Source of the DNA: Ylistrum balloti
Lineage: Eukaryota
Direction of reading: 5' to 3'
DNA: 64,000 bases
Assembly: GCF_031769215.1 (NCBI RefSeq)
Contig: NW_026781935.1
Span: forward strand, 1 to 64,000
This document shows, one piece after another, positions 47,902 through 57,618 of the stretch. The notes under the pieces were generated by a model, which was not told the DNA's origin, made no database searches, and was given only the letters and a program-made list of their open reading frames with translations. Position 1 is the first letter of the stretch, and each line of letters starts with the position of its first letter. The translations under genes were made by a program, and so were the position numbers.

Positions 47902-48261
47902 AACTTTTGAGCTGTAAGCCGGATTCTGTCGAGGGAGTTTATTTGTCTAGTTTAATGATCACTCATTAAATCCTGCAATCTACCTAGCTTTATATAGTCA
48001 ACAACTCTAATTAGCATATTTAATCTTACTCCGGATGGGGTTTACAATACCAATTTTATTACTAAAACTGTGGGGGTCTCTTACACCTCCGTTTCACCAT
48101 TACCTATTTTCTTTAAAAAAAGAATATTAAGGCTGTTTACTTTCTGTTGCACTTTCCGTTTCTAATTTCTTAGAACCCAGTTATTAGCTGGCATCCTTTG
48201 TTGAAGGAGTCCGGACTTTCCTCATTCCAATTTATGAAATGCAAACTCCAACTCAAAAGTT
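47902..48261 (-). ncRNA. rnpB: RNase P RNA
   Basis: Minus strand GAGGAAAGTCCGGACTCC (48206-48223) and ACAGAATCCGGCTTA (47915-47929); terminal helix AACTTTTGAG/CTCAAAAGTT. Confidence 0.97.
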
Positions 48262-48478
48262 ATTCTTAAATTATAAAATGAAATCACTAAAAAGTGTTAC
48301 TTTACAAACTTTGTTTCTAAGATGGTTTGGTTTTAAGAAATCATTCAAGAAGAGCCAGGTGAAAAACGGATATTATGATCGGTGTTAATGTGATGAATTT
48401 TCGAAGTCGTATTTTTGGATAAATAATTTAAGTAAAAATTTTTTATATCGCAATTCTTTTAAAATATAGTAAATTATT

Positions 48479-48973
48479 TTGATGTTATATTTAGTCTTAA
48501 TGAATTGGGTGTCTCGATTTATTCGCTTAAAGAAAAAGTTTCACGACTACTTTAAACAAATGTCAGAAAGAAATAGTCTTTTTTTAAAGATTATTTTTTT
48601 GTTTTCCATTCCTTCTATTTTATTTTATCTTGTTCCTAATGAATACATTGAAAGAATTAAACTTTTAGGTGAGGAAATCTATTCCCAAAAAGAACCCTAT
48701 CGAGAGATTTTTCTTCAAGGTCCCTTTAAAAGTAAAGGATTAATCAAAACTGAAAGAATCTTATCTTTAAAGGATTTGGTGAAAAAAGCGGGGGGGTTAG
48801 AATACGGCTTTTTTTATAAGAAAGATCTTCTTTTAACGATTTCTAATCAACAAAAAGAATTAGATGCAACTGCTTTTTTTTTTAAAAAGAAGCGCTCCTA
48901 TGATAAAATAATTAAAAAGAGGTTTAATAATGGAGAAAAAAAAAACACTTGGAGAAGACTTAGGTATCGATGA
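48479..48973 (+). CDS. Membrane-anchored SLBB-domain protein (ComEA N-terminus-like); start probably near 48560
   Basis: TM helix then IFLQGPFKSKG...LKDLVKKAGGL; no HhH repeats. Confidence 0.5.
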   Translation: MMLYLVLMNWVSRFIRLKKKFHDYFKQMSERNSLFLKIIFLFSIPSILFYLVPNEYIERIKLLGEEIYSQKEPYREIFLQGPFKSKGLIKTERILSLKDLVKKAGGLEYGFFYKKDLLLTISNQQKELDATAFFFKKKRSYDKIIKKRFNNGEKKNTWRRLRYR

Positions 48974-49502
48974 AGATGTTGGTCTAACAGCTGAAGAAAT
49001 TAAGGATATTGCTGATTTAGATATTCAAGAATATACTGACGGTATTGAAGATACTGAGAAATTTGACGAATCCCAAGACATTCATTTAGATGATGATTCT
49101 GATCTTGAGAAACATGTTGAGGGAATAGATCTTTCCCATTTAGATGAAGAAGTTAACTGGGGTTTGGAACTGAATCCTGCGAAAAAAGCTGCTAAGAAAA
49201 AAACTAGTCCAAAAAGGGAAAGTTTTATGGTGTCTAAAAAATCGCTTCAAAAACCTCCATCTAAAGTTACAAAAAAAGCTAATACAAAGGTTGTAAGCTC
49301 ATCTAAACCTAAAGTTCGAATTCAAACATATTCCAAGCCTACAGTCTACAAGGATATTTTTTCTGATAAGACCAAAATGAAAAATCTTTTTCAACAACTT
49401 GATAAGATGTTAGCTGGATTGCCTCAAGAAAAAGTCAAGCAATTTGCTTGTTCTAAAGAATATGAGTATTATATCGAAGTTCTTAAGAAGTTGAATATTT
49501 AG
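48930..49502 (+). CDS. Hypothetical protein (acidic N-half, Lys-rich middle, helical C-terminal motif)
   Basis: SD AAGAGG; ORF composition. Confidence 0.7.
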   Translation: MEKKKTLGEDLGIDEDVGLTAEEIKDIADLDIQEYTDGIEDTEKFDESQDIHLDDDSDLEKHVEGIDLSHLDEEVNWGLELNPAKKAAKKKTSPKRESFMVSKKSLQKPPSKVTKKANTKVVSSSKPKVRIQTYSKPTVYKDIFSDKTKMKNLFQQLDKMLAGLPQEKVKQFACSKEYEYYIEVLKKLNI

Positions 49503-49509
49503 AATTAAG

Positions 49510-50784
49510 ATGTCGCTTCGTCAAAAAAGTATTGAAGTTCTTTTTCAAGAATTTATAAAAAAACATGGATCAACTTTCCAAGTCAATCATTTAAAACTAA
49601 CCACTCATTTAAGTCTTCAAAATATTCTTGTAAATCAAGAAAAACTAACTCTTTATCAAAAAGCAATTGAAATGTTTCTTCATTTGGAAAGAAAAGATTA
49701 TCTTAGTAATGCTACATCTATTCATCAACTTTGTGAAAAGATTCGCGCGGCTTTTTCTTTAAAAAATTTCTACTTTCTCCTTATTAACTATCAGGAAATG
49801 AAAATTGATTTAAGTTATCACTTCCCTCAGAAAAAAAATTATCTACCTTTAAAGATTAACCAAGCCTTTTTAAATAAAATTCAATCTTCCCTCCATGATA
49901 CCAAAGTAGTGGAGGGGTTGAAGACTTTTTTTGATATTGACTTTGAAGACTTGATTTTTTACAAATTGAAAAAGAATAAAAAAGTATTGGCTTATATTTT
50001 CTATAAAAACTTTCATAATTCTCAATCTTTTCTAAAGGAAGATTATCATCAGATATTCGAATGGATATTCTCTTCTAATGTAAATGAAGCAGAAAAAAAT
50101 GAAGAAGCGACAAAAAAAGTTGATAAAAAGAATCCACCAACTATCAAAAATAGTTATTCAAAAACTACACAGGTTCCCAACAAGAAAATTTATTTTTATC
50201 AGAAGCTTACTTCCTCTCTTCACCGTTTTTTAAGTGATAATCCTAAAGAAATCAAGGAAGCTCTTAACACTATGCTTTCATTGGCCTCTATTAAAAAAGT
50301 AGTACTAATTGAAAAAAAAACACAAAAAATTCTTGCTTACTCTAACGTTTTTCCGAATAAAACTAGTATCGAACAGTTTCCTGTTGATCTGAAAAAAGAA
50401 TTTAGAGAGGAAGAAGAAAAGAACTTAGCTAGAAAGATAGATGTGGACTCCCAAAAGTCACTCTTGGTTTTTTTAAAAAAAAGTATTCACCCTCAAAAAA
50501 AATCTTTAGACCTCCCTTTTAAAAACTATATTCATAGCATTGAGAAGTTGCTTCTTAGACTCTTTAATGATTTCAAGTTAGAAAAGAAGAAAAATCCTTC
50601 TAGCATGACAGTGAAAAAATTAAAGAATAATTCTCAAAATGAATCAACGCAAATACCAAACAGCATTCAAAAGAATATTAATGAAAAAATTATAAAAGTT
50701 AAGACAAAGAAATCCAAAAAGAAGCCAGTTAAAATTACAAAGAGTATACCCTCAAAAACTATAAAAATTAAGATCAAAAAATAA
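49510..50784 (+). CDS. Hypothetical protein with Lys-rich tail
   Basis: 424-aa ORF abutting def. Confidence 0.65.
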   Translation: MSLRQKSIEVLFQEFIKKHGSTFQVNHLKLTTHLSLQNILVNQEKLTLYQKAIEMFLHLERKDYLSNATSIHQLCEKIRAAFSLKNFYFLLINYQEMKIDLSYHFPQKKNYLPLKINQAFLNKIQSSLHDTKVVEGLKTFFDIDFEDLIFYKLKKNKKVLAYIFYKNFHNSQSFLKEDYHQIFEWIFSSNVNEAEKNEEATKKVDKKNPPTIKNSYSKTTQVPNKKIYFYQKLTSSLHRFLSDNPKEIKEALNTMLSLASIKKVVLIEKKTQKILAYSNVFPNKTSIEQFPVDLKKEFREEEEKNLARKIDVDSQKSLLVFLKKSIHPQKKSLDLPFKNYIHSIEKLLLRLFNDFKLEKKKNPSSMTVKKLKNNSQNESTQIPNSIQKNINEKIIKVKTKKSKKKPVKITKSIPSKTIKIKIKK

Positions 50785-51336
50785 ATGGTTTTGCCCATTC
50801 TTCAACTTGGTAATAAAGTTTTGTTAAAAAAAAGCAAGTCTATCAAAAAAGAGGATCAAGGAGAAGAATTGGAAATATTAATTGAGAATATGGCTGAGAC
50901 GATGTATTTTCACAAGGGAATTGGTCTTGCTGCTGTTCAAGTAGGTATTTTAAAGCAATTGTTTATTATTGATATTCCTAAAGTAACTAATGGTATGATG
51001 GTTTTTTTCAATCCTAAAATCAAAAAAGCATCAAAAAATTTGCTAGAGAATGAAGAAGGTTGTCTGTCGATACCCGATGTCAAAGTAAATATTAGGCGAC
51101 AACATTCAATATTGGTTCAATATCTCGATAGGGATTTCAAGATCCAAGAAAAAATTTTTGATGACATGCTTGCTGTTTGTTTCCAGCATGAACTAGACCA
51201 CTTAAATGGCATCTTATTTTTAGAACGTATTAATAAAAGGGATAAAAAAAATGTGAAAGAACAGCTTGTAGAGCATTATCCTAATGAAGCCTATGAGGCA
51301 ATTGCCTTATCATCTAGGTCTTATGGACAAACTTAA
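50785..51336 (+). CDS. def: Peptide deformylase
   Basis: GIGLAAVQVG, EGCLS, QHELDHLNG. Confidence 0.97.
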   Translation: MVLPILQLGNKVLLKKSKSIKKEDQGEELEILIENMAETMYFHKGIGLAAVQVGILKQLFIIDIPKVTNGMMVFFNPKIKKASKNLLENEEGCLSIPDVKVNIRRQHSILVQYLDRDFKIQEKIFDDMLAVCFQHELDHLNGILFLERINKRDKKNVKEQLVEHYPNEAYEAIALSSRSYGQT

Positions 51337-51345
51337 AGGTGAGCC

Positions 51346-51843
51346 GTGTTCGAATCAAAGACGATTAAAATTAATTTTGTTTGCTTGGGCAATATTTGTC
51401 GATCTCCTCTTGCGCAAGCTATTATGGAAAAAGAAATTACAGATAAGAATTTATCCGATCGATTTTTTATTGATTCATCTGGTTTAGGTAATTGGCATGT
51501 CGATAGTCCGAGTGACAAAAGAATGATTGAAACCGCCCACCAGTATGGTTATCCCATGACACATAGAGCGAGACAATTTTATCCCAAGGATGGGGAGTTG
51601 TTTGATCATATTTATGCGATGGATGAAAGCATTCATCAAGGTATCTTGGGAATAATTGATTCCCAATATTACTCCAAAGTTAAAATGTTTCGAGAACATG
51701 ATAAAGATGCAAATAAGAATGTTCCTGATCCTTATTATGATGCTTTGGAGGGGTTTGAAAAAGTTTTTCAAATCGTTAAACAAAATTGTGAATTAATCAT
51801 TCATCAATTTATAACTAAATATTCAATTAGAGAGGTAAAATGA
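51346..51843 (+). CDS. Low-molecular-weight protein-tyrosine phosphatase
   Basis: P-loop VCLGNICRS; DPYY. Confidence 0.95.
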   Translation: MFESKTIKINFVCLGNICRSPLAQAIMEKEITDKNLSDRFFIDSSGLGNWHVDSPSDKRMIETAHQYGYPMTHRARQFYPKDGELFDHIYAMDESIHQGILGIIDSQYYSKVKMFREHDKDANKNVPDPYYDALEGFEKVFQIVKQNCELIIHQFITKYSIREVK

Positions 51844-52322
51844 AAATACTTATCATCATCGGTAGTCAATCAGATTTAACAACAGTTAATAAAACAAAAG
51901 AAAGATTAAATGAATTTGGGATAGAAGCCGAAGTGAGAATTGCTTCAGCTCATCGTACTCCATATAAAACAGAGAGTTTGGTGAAACAAGCGGAAGAACA
52001 GGGACACGAATTGATTATTGCTGCTGCAGGTTTAGCAGCTCATTTGCCTGGAGTTTGTGCTGCCCACACCACTCTTCCAGTGATTGGCATTCCTGTAGAA
52101 AATGGTCCCCTAAAAGGTGTTGACTCTCTCTATTCGATTGTAATGATGCCTCCAGGGGTTCCTGTGGCTTGTATGGGAATTGGGAGTAGTGGTGCAGATA
52201 ATGCAGCTATTTTCGCAACCCAAATCCTGTCTTTAAAATATCCTGAATTGAAAGAAGCATTAAAAAAGTTTAAGGTGCAGATGTCTGAAAAGGTAGAGAA
52301 AGCGGATCAATCCTTGTCTTAA
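51840..52322 (+). CDS. purE: N5-carboxyaminoimidazole ribonucleotide mutase
   Basis: GSQSD, ASAHRTP, AGLAAHLPG, PVIGIP, SIVMMPPGVPVA. Confidence 0.97.
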   Translation: MKILIIIGSQSDLTTVNKTKERLNEFGIEAEVRIASAHRTPYKTESLVKQAEEQGHELIIAAAGLAAHLPGVCAAHTTLPVIGIPVENGPLKGVDSLYSIVMMPPGVPVACMGIGSSGADNAAIFATQILSLKYPELKEALKKFKVQMSEKVEKADQSLS

Positions 52323-52535
52323 AGGATGACTTTTTCCACTTAATATTTATAATTATTAATTAGTCCATGAAGTCTATAAGTAGATGGATTCCCCTATCAT
52401 ATGGGCATATAGGTATTGAGTAATTGTCTTCTTTTGATAGAAAAAATAACTTTCGACTCTAAAATTGTTTTTCGAAATCAAAAAGTAATGAGAGGAAAAA
52501 GTAGCACAAAAAGAGAATTTTATTATACAATTTAA

Positions 52536-52646
52536 TTCCCACTCAGGGAACTCTTTTCTACAGGTATAAGCCCAATTCCGCCAGGATCGGAAGATAGCAA
52601 CGGTAAGTTTATATTTGTCGAGAGAAGATGGTTGTCTGAGTGGGAA
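52536..52646 (+). ncRNA. ffs: SRP RNA (4.5S, small bacterial type)
   Basis: Single long hairpin closed by TTCCCACTCAG/CTGAGTGGGAA; helix-8 core CAGG-ATC-GGAA-GAT-AGCA; canonical position upstream of dnaX; -10-like TACAAT at 52526-52531. Confidence 0.93.
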
Positions 52647-52650
52647 TATC

Positions 52651-54324
52651 ATGACCTATCAAATCATAGCAAGGAAATATCGGCCACAAAATTTTAAGCA
52701 GGTTGTTGGTCAAGATAAAATCATGACCATTTTAAAAAATGCCCTTGAAAGTGATCGCATTGGGCAAGCCTATTTATTCTCCGGTCCAAGGGGGGTAGGC
52801 AAGACCACGATGGCAAGAATATTGGTTAAATTTCTTAACTGCGAAAAAACAAGAAATTCAATTCCATGCAACGAGTGTACAAGTTGTTTAGAGGTTAATA
52901 AGGGAACTTCTCTTGACTATCTTGAAATTGATGGTGCGTCGAATAGGGGAATTGACCAAATTCGAGCTTTGAATGAGCAGCTTAATTTTGCTTCACCGCA
53001 AGGAAACTATCGAGTCTTTGTGATTGATGAAGTGCACATGCTCACCAATGAGGCTTTTAATGCTCTTTTGAAATCTCTTGAAGAGCCACCTCCAAAATTT
53101 ATTTTCATTCTTTGTACGACTGAAAATCATCGGATTCCACTTACCATCCGTTCTCGCTGTCAACAGCTATTTTTTTCGGGTATCGATTCCCACTTGATTG
53201 AAAAGCATCTTGAAATGATTCTCTCCAAAGAATCCATTCCTTTTGAAATCGGCTCACTTTTTAGTCTAGCAAGAAAATCAGAAGGCTCTATTCGGGATGC
53301 TGAAAATTTATTAGAAAAGATTATTGCTTATAGCAATCATCAAAGAATCACAGAGAATATTATTCAGGAAGTATTAGGAGAAACACCCATTGAAAAAAAA
53401 TATGATTTTCTTACTTTTTTGTTAGAGCATAAAATTAAAGAAAACTACCAACTGTTTAAACAGTTAATGATGGAAGGGTACAGCCTCAACGAGTTCCTTT
53501 ACAGTTTGATAGAGACGCTTTCTAATCTTGTTTATTTTAAATCTGGAGTACATGATTGGAAGTCTTTAGAAATTTCGCCTGAAGAATTAGAAAAATTAAA
53601 AAAATTTGAAAATCTTTTTACCACTAATGAAATTTTCTCTCTCACAGATATTTTGTTTGACTTCCTTAAAATTTTTAAAAACTCTTCCAATCAAAGAATG
53701 ATTACTTATTATCTTTTGTTAAAACTTCACCGTTATCAAAAACTAATCACTCCGGAGGAGTTGAAACAAAACATATTGGAATTATCTAAGTATGTTATTC
53801 CTGATGAAAATTTGAACAACAAATTGAATCCAATTAAAAAGACAGAAGAACCCTTGTCTATACCCACTAAATCAAAAAATTCATCTGAAAAAATTAAAAA
53901 AAAGGAAGAGAGTAATTCACAAAATAGTATCTTAAACAACTCTATTAACAACCCAAGAAAAAGTATTCCTAAAGAAAATAATATTAATAAAAATACAATT
54001 GTAGGAGAATGGACGCGAGAGAAATACCAAAACATCATTGAAAGTATAAAAGAAAGTGATCATGAATTATTTGGCTATTTGATGGACTTGCCTTTTCAAA
54101 AAGTTGAGAATGCCACTTTGCTTTTAGTGAATCAAGGAAACCTCCCTCAAGAAAAACTCAATATAGTGGAAAAAAGACTATTGGGTTTAGTTCAAGAAAA
54201 AGCGAAATCTTTAAATGTTGAACAAATTTTTAATGTCTCAATAGTCGAATACATTGTAAAATCTAATGTAGAATCTAACTTGGAAAAAGTAAAAAAGGTC
54301 TTTCCTCCTTCATTAGGTAGGTAA
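52651..54324 (+). CDS. dnaX: DNA polymerase III subunit gamma/tau
   Basis: ARKYRPQ, SGPRGVGKTT, zinc Cys cluster, EIDGASNRG, IDEVHML, IRSRC; start revised from 52615 to ATG 52651. Confidence 0.97.
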   Translation: MTYQIIARKYRPQNFKQVVGQDKIMTILKNALESDRIGQAYLFSGPRGVGKTTMARILVKFLNCEKTRNSIPCNECTSCLEVNKGTSLDYLEIDGASNRGIDQIRALNEQLNFASPQGNYRVFVIDEVHMLTNEAFNALLKSLEEPPPKFIFILCTTENHRIPLTIRSRCQQLFFSGIDSHLIEKHLEMILSKESIPFEIGSLFSLARKSEGSIRDAENLLEKIIAYSNHQRITENIIQEVLGETPIEKKYDFLTFLLEHKIKENYQLFKQLMMEGYSLNEFLYSLIETLSNLVYFKSGVHDWKSLEISPEELEKLKKFENLFTTNEIFSLTDILFDFLKIFKNSSNQRMITYYLLLKLHRYQKLITPEELKQNILELSKYVIPDENLNNKLNPIKKTEEPLSIPTKSKNSSEKIKKKEESNSQNSILNNSINNPRKSIPKENNINKNTIVGEWTREKYQNIIESIKESDHELFGYLMDLPFQKVENATLLLVNQGNLPQEKLNIVEKRLLGLVQEKAKSLNVEQIFNVSIVEYIVKSNVESNLEKVKKVFPPSLGR

Positions 54325-54355
54325 ATTTTAATAACTCAATATCAGAGGAGTACTT

Positions 54356-54670
54356 ATGTTTGATATGAATGAATTGATGAAGAAAGCTCAAAAACTGCAG
54401 TCAGAAATGCAAAAGAACCAAGAAGAATTAGCTAAGAAGGAATATGAAGCCAGTTCAGGTGGAGATATGGTTGCTGTTAAAATTAATGGTAAGATGGAAA
54501 TTAAGAGCATCAAGATTGCTAAGGAAATTGTTTCTCCCGATGATATTGAAATGCTTGAGGACTTAGTTTTGGCTGCGGTGAACAGTGCTATCAAGAAGGT
54601 TGGAGAAGATAGCTCTTCTGAATTAAAAAACCTCACTAAGGGAATGAATCTCCCACCAGGATTTTTGTAA
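54356..54670 (+). CDS. ybaB: YbaB/EbfC nucleoid-associated protein
   Basis: LMKKAQKLQ, SSGGDMV, DDIEMLEDLV.AAVN; between dnaX and recR. Confidence 0.95.
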   Translation: MFDMNELMKKAQKLQSEMQKNQEELAKKEYEASSGGDMVAVKINGKMEIKSIKIAKEIVSPDDIEMLEDLVLAAVNSAIKKVGEDSSSELKNLTKGMNLPPGFL

Positions 54671-54687
54671 GCTCACGATGGGTTTTT

Positions 54688-55332
54688 TTGACGGTGCCTT
54701 CAACCTTTTCTCAAGTTGTTAAAAGTCTTAAAAAATTCCCAGGTATTGGACAAAAATCGGCAGAGAGAATCGCATTTTACTTTTTAGAAACGACTCAAGA
54801 TGAAGTTAAGTTTTTCACTCAAATTGTTAATCAATTCGTTGAAAAAACCATTTTTTGTAAAAATTGTGGTTTGATATCCGAACAATCACCATGTCGAATT
54901 TGTTCATCCAATAAAAGAAATCATTCTATTATTTGTGTCGTCAAAAATATTCAAGACGCTATTCAAATTGAGCGTTCTCAAAGTTATGGGGGGATTTATC
55001 ATGTTTTAGGCGGTCTTTTATCTCCTTTATCAAATGTTTATGAAAAAGATTTAAAAATTGAAGAACTCTTAAGAAGAATTTGCGATCATCATCAACATAA
55101 GAATCATCAAGTTAAGGAAATTATTTTTGCTTTTGAACAAAGCATTGAAGCCGATACCACTATTCAATTAATCAGTGAAAAAATTCAAAAACAAAAAGGT
55201 AAGCAATTTGCCAATCCAATTACTTTCTCAAGAATGGCAGTTGGGATACCCATGGGAACTGGGTTGGAATTCATTGACAAAAGTACTCTCAAACAATCTT
55301 TAAACAATAGGTATTCTTTAGACAAAAACTAA
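54688..55332 (+). CDS. recR: Recombination mediator RecR
   Basis: PGIGQKSAER, CxxC..CxxC zinc finger, YHVLGGLLSP, GIPMG. Confidence 0.95.
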   Translation: MTVPSTFSQVVKSLKKFPGIGQKSAERIAFYFLETTQDEVKFFTQIVNQFVEKTIFCKNCGLISEQSPCRICSSNKRNHSIICVVKNIQDAIQIERSQSYGGIYHVLGGLLSPLSNVYEKDLKIEELLRRICDHHQHKNHQVKEIIFAFEQSIEADTTIQLISEKIQKQKGKQFANPITFSRMAVGIPMGTGLEFIDKSTLKQSLNNRYSLDKN

Positions 55333-56513
55333 TGCAGAAAGTTTTTTTGGCTGGAGCGACTGGATCTATTGGACGAAATACTCGTTACTGTATTAAAGAA
55401 ATTAACCATTATTACAGGAAACATCATAGAGACGATAAACTCTTTTCTGTAGTTGGAATAGTCGCACGCGATAATCTTGATGAAATAAAAAAAATAATCG
55501 AGGAATGGAGTGAAACATTAGAAAGTCTGGTTTGCACGAATGAAAAAAATCTTGAAGTAATTCAGAAAAGCTACCCGAATATTCGTTGTTTTAATAATAT
55601 TCAAAGTTCTATGGAGCAAACTTCTTTTAATGTGTTAATTAATGCTTTGGTTGGTAGTGTCGGATTAGAGGCGACCTTGTTAGGAATTCAAAAAAAGGCC
55701 AAGATTCTCCTTGCTAATAAAGAAAGCCTAGTGATGGCAGGGGAGATAATCAATCAATTGTTAGAAAAATACCAAACTAAACTCATCCCAATTGACAGTG
55801 AGCACTCGGCTATTTTCCAATTAATCAATCGGTTTGGACATTCCAACATTAAAAAAGTTATTCTAACAGCCTCTGGTGGTCCTTTCTTTAAGAATCTTCC
55901 AAGAAAACCAAGTGTAGAAGAAGTTCTTAACCACCCTAATTGGAAGATGGGAAGGAAAATTACTGTTGATTCAGCCACTATGATGAATAAAGGACTTGAA
56001 GTCATTGAAACACATCACTTATTTGGTCTGCCATATGAAAAAATTGAGGTGATTGTCCATCCTCAGTCCATCGTTCATTCTTTAGTACAGACGGTGGATG
56101 GGGAACAATACGCTCAAATTGGATCAACAGATATGCGTCATCCAATTTTCAATGCTCTAACTCATCCAGAAATTCTTCCTAATCGATTATCTCCATTTCA
56201 GTTAAATAGCTATCCCAAATTGGAATTCTTCCAACCGGATTTCAAGAAATTTCCAATGTTAAAACTTGCTTATGAATGTGGTAAACGTGGTGGAAGTTAT
56301 CCTATTGTTATGAATGCGACTAGTGAACAAGCCGTATATCTTTTCTTAGAAAAGAAGATTGATTTTGAAGAAATTTACTCTTTAACAGAAACAATGATCA
56401 AACAACATCAAGCTATGGAGATAAATAACATTAAAGAGATTATTTTATTAGATCTAGAGATAAAAAAGAAATTAAAAGAGAAAGTTTTAAAAAATCAGTT
56501 TCTTCAACCTTAG
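55332..56513 (+). CDS. dxr: 1-deoxy-D-xylulose-5-phosphate reductoisomerase
   Basis: GATGSIG, LLANKESLV, PIDSEHSAIFQ, LTASGGPF, HPNWKMG, DSATMMNKGLE. Confidence 0.98.
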   Translation: MQKVFLAGATGSIGRNTRYCIKEINHYYRKHHRDDKLFSVVGIVARDNLDEIKKIIEEWSETLESLVCTNEKNLEVIQKSYPNIRCFNNIQSSMEQTSFNVLINALVGSVGLEATLLGIQKKAKILLANKESLVMAGEIINQLLEKYQTKLIPIDSEHSAIFQLINRFGHSNIKKVILTASGGPFFKNLPRKPSVEEVLNHPNWKMGRKITVDSATMMNKGLEVIETHHLFGLPYEKIEVIVHPQSIVHSLVQTVDGEQYAQIGSTDMRHPIFNALTHPEILPNRLSPFQLNSYPKLEFFQPDFKKFPMLKLAYECGKRGGSYPIVMNATSEQAVYLFLEKKIDFEEIYSLTETMIKQHQAMEINNIKEIILLDLEIKKKLKEKVLKNQFLQP

Positions 56514-56703
56514 AGGAGAGGATTTAAAAAAAAACTAACTTTTATTATAGAACAACAAACTATTTGGATTGCCAGAAATCACAATATCTATGTTTAGGTA
56601 TTGTAATTAAAACTAGTTCGAGTTATAAGCTATGCTGAATTAATTCCTTGAATTCCAAAAGTAATCAATATCTACTATATATGGAATGTATAAAATAAAA
56701 GAA

Positions 56704-57555
56704 TTAACCGAGCAAAGCTAAAACAGTTTGTAATTGAGCATTAGCCTGAGCAATCATAGCTATATTGGCCTGATTAACAATCAAATTTTTAGTTAGCTCA
56801 CTAACTTCTTCAGCAATATCAGTATCTCGAATTACACTTTCACTCGCAATAGCGTTTTCCTTAGCTATACTTGTTGTAGTAATAATGCTATCTAAACGAG
56901 CTTGATAGGAGGCCAAGTCATTTCTTCTTTGAGCAACTGCACTTAAAGCTAAGTCAACTTTCTGTAAAGCATCAAGTGCCAATGTTGGGTTGCTCAAACT
57001 AATTTCATTAATTTGAAGAGCTGTTGAGTTGAAAGTATTAATATAGGCTCGAATAGCATTAGAGTCTTTCGCAGCGTTGTGTCCTATATGAAACCATAGC
57101 GACATAAGAGGAACTGAGTCAGCAGTAGGCCGTGAATAATTGCCAGTGAGTAGTTTAAGACCATTAAATTCTGCGTGAGAAGAAATCCTATCAATTTCAG
57201 CCACTATTTCTCTTATGGCAAAATTGGAAAATTGCCTTTCTGCATCTGAATAGATGCTATTAGCAGCTTGTACAGCTAATGCCTTAAAATTCTTTATTAA
57301 ATTATTCACTTCAGATAAGTATCCATCTGCTGTTTGCAACATGGATAGAGCGTCAGTGGCATTTTTATTGGCTGCATCAATACCTTTGATTTGAACACGC
57401 ATTTTCTCAGAAACAGAAAAACTAGTGGGATTAATTTTTGGAGAAGATAACCTGTCTCCACTTGAAATATTTGAGAAACTCTGTTGAATTTTATTACTTC
57501 TTTGTTTTAGTACTCTATTTGAATTAAGAGATGAAATATTGTTATTTATAATCAT
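56704..57555 (-). CDS. flaB: Flagellin, spirochete FlaB-type, divergent
   Basis: 283 aa; MIINNNISS, SEKMRVQI, LQTADGYL, EFNGLKLLTG, SLWFHIG, ESVIRDTDIA, AQAN. Confidence 0.9.
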   Translation of the reverse strand: MIINNNISSLNSNRVLKQRSNKIQQSFSNISSGDRLSSPKINPTSFSVSEKMRVQIKGIDAANKNATDALSMLQTADGYLSEVNNLIKNFKALAVQAANSIYSDAERQFSNFAIREIVAEIDRISSHAEFNGLKLLTGNYSRPTADSVPLMSLWFHIGHNAAKDSNAIRAYINTFNSTALQINEISLSNPTLALDALQKVDLALSAVAQRRNDLASYQARLDSIITTTSIAKENAIASESVIRDTDIAEEVSELTKNLIVNQANIAMIAQANAQLQTVLALLG

Positions 57556-57570
57556 GTTAAGCCTCGTTGT

Positions 57571-57597
57571 TAAAGTTTTTAAAAAATTAACCGATAA
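57571..57597 (+). promoter_or_regulatory. Sigma28-type promoter consensus oriented away from flaB
   Basis: TAAA-N15-ACCGATAA on the plus strand. Confidence 0.45.
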
Positions 57598-57609
57598 TAA
57601 TTTTAACTA

Positions 57610-57618
57610 ATTATATCA
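57610..57618 (-). promoter_or_regulatory. Extended -10 (sigma70-type) element upstream of flaB
   Basis: TGATATAAT on the minus strand about 55 nt before the ATG. Confidence 0.5.

Noticed and set aside
52615-52650. N-terminal extension of DnaX given by the ORF track
   Set aside because: It lies inside the SRP RNA; homology begins at ATG 52651
52374-52652. 92-aa minus-strand ORF upstream of dnaX
   Set aside because: Overlaps the SRP RNA gene on the opposite strand; no coding features
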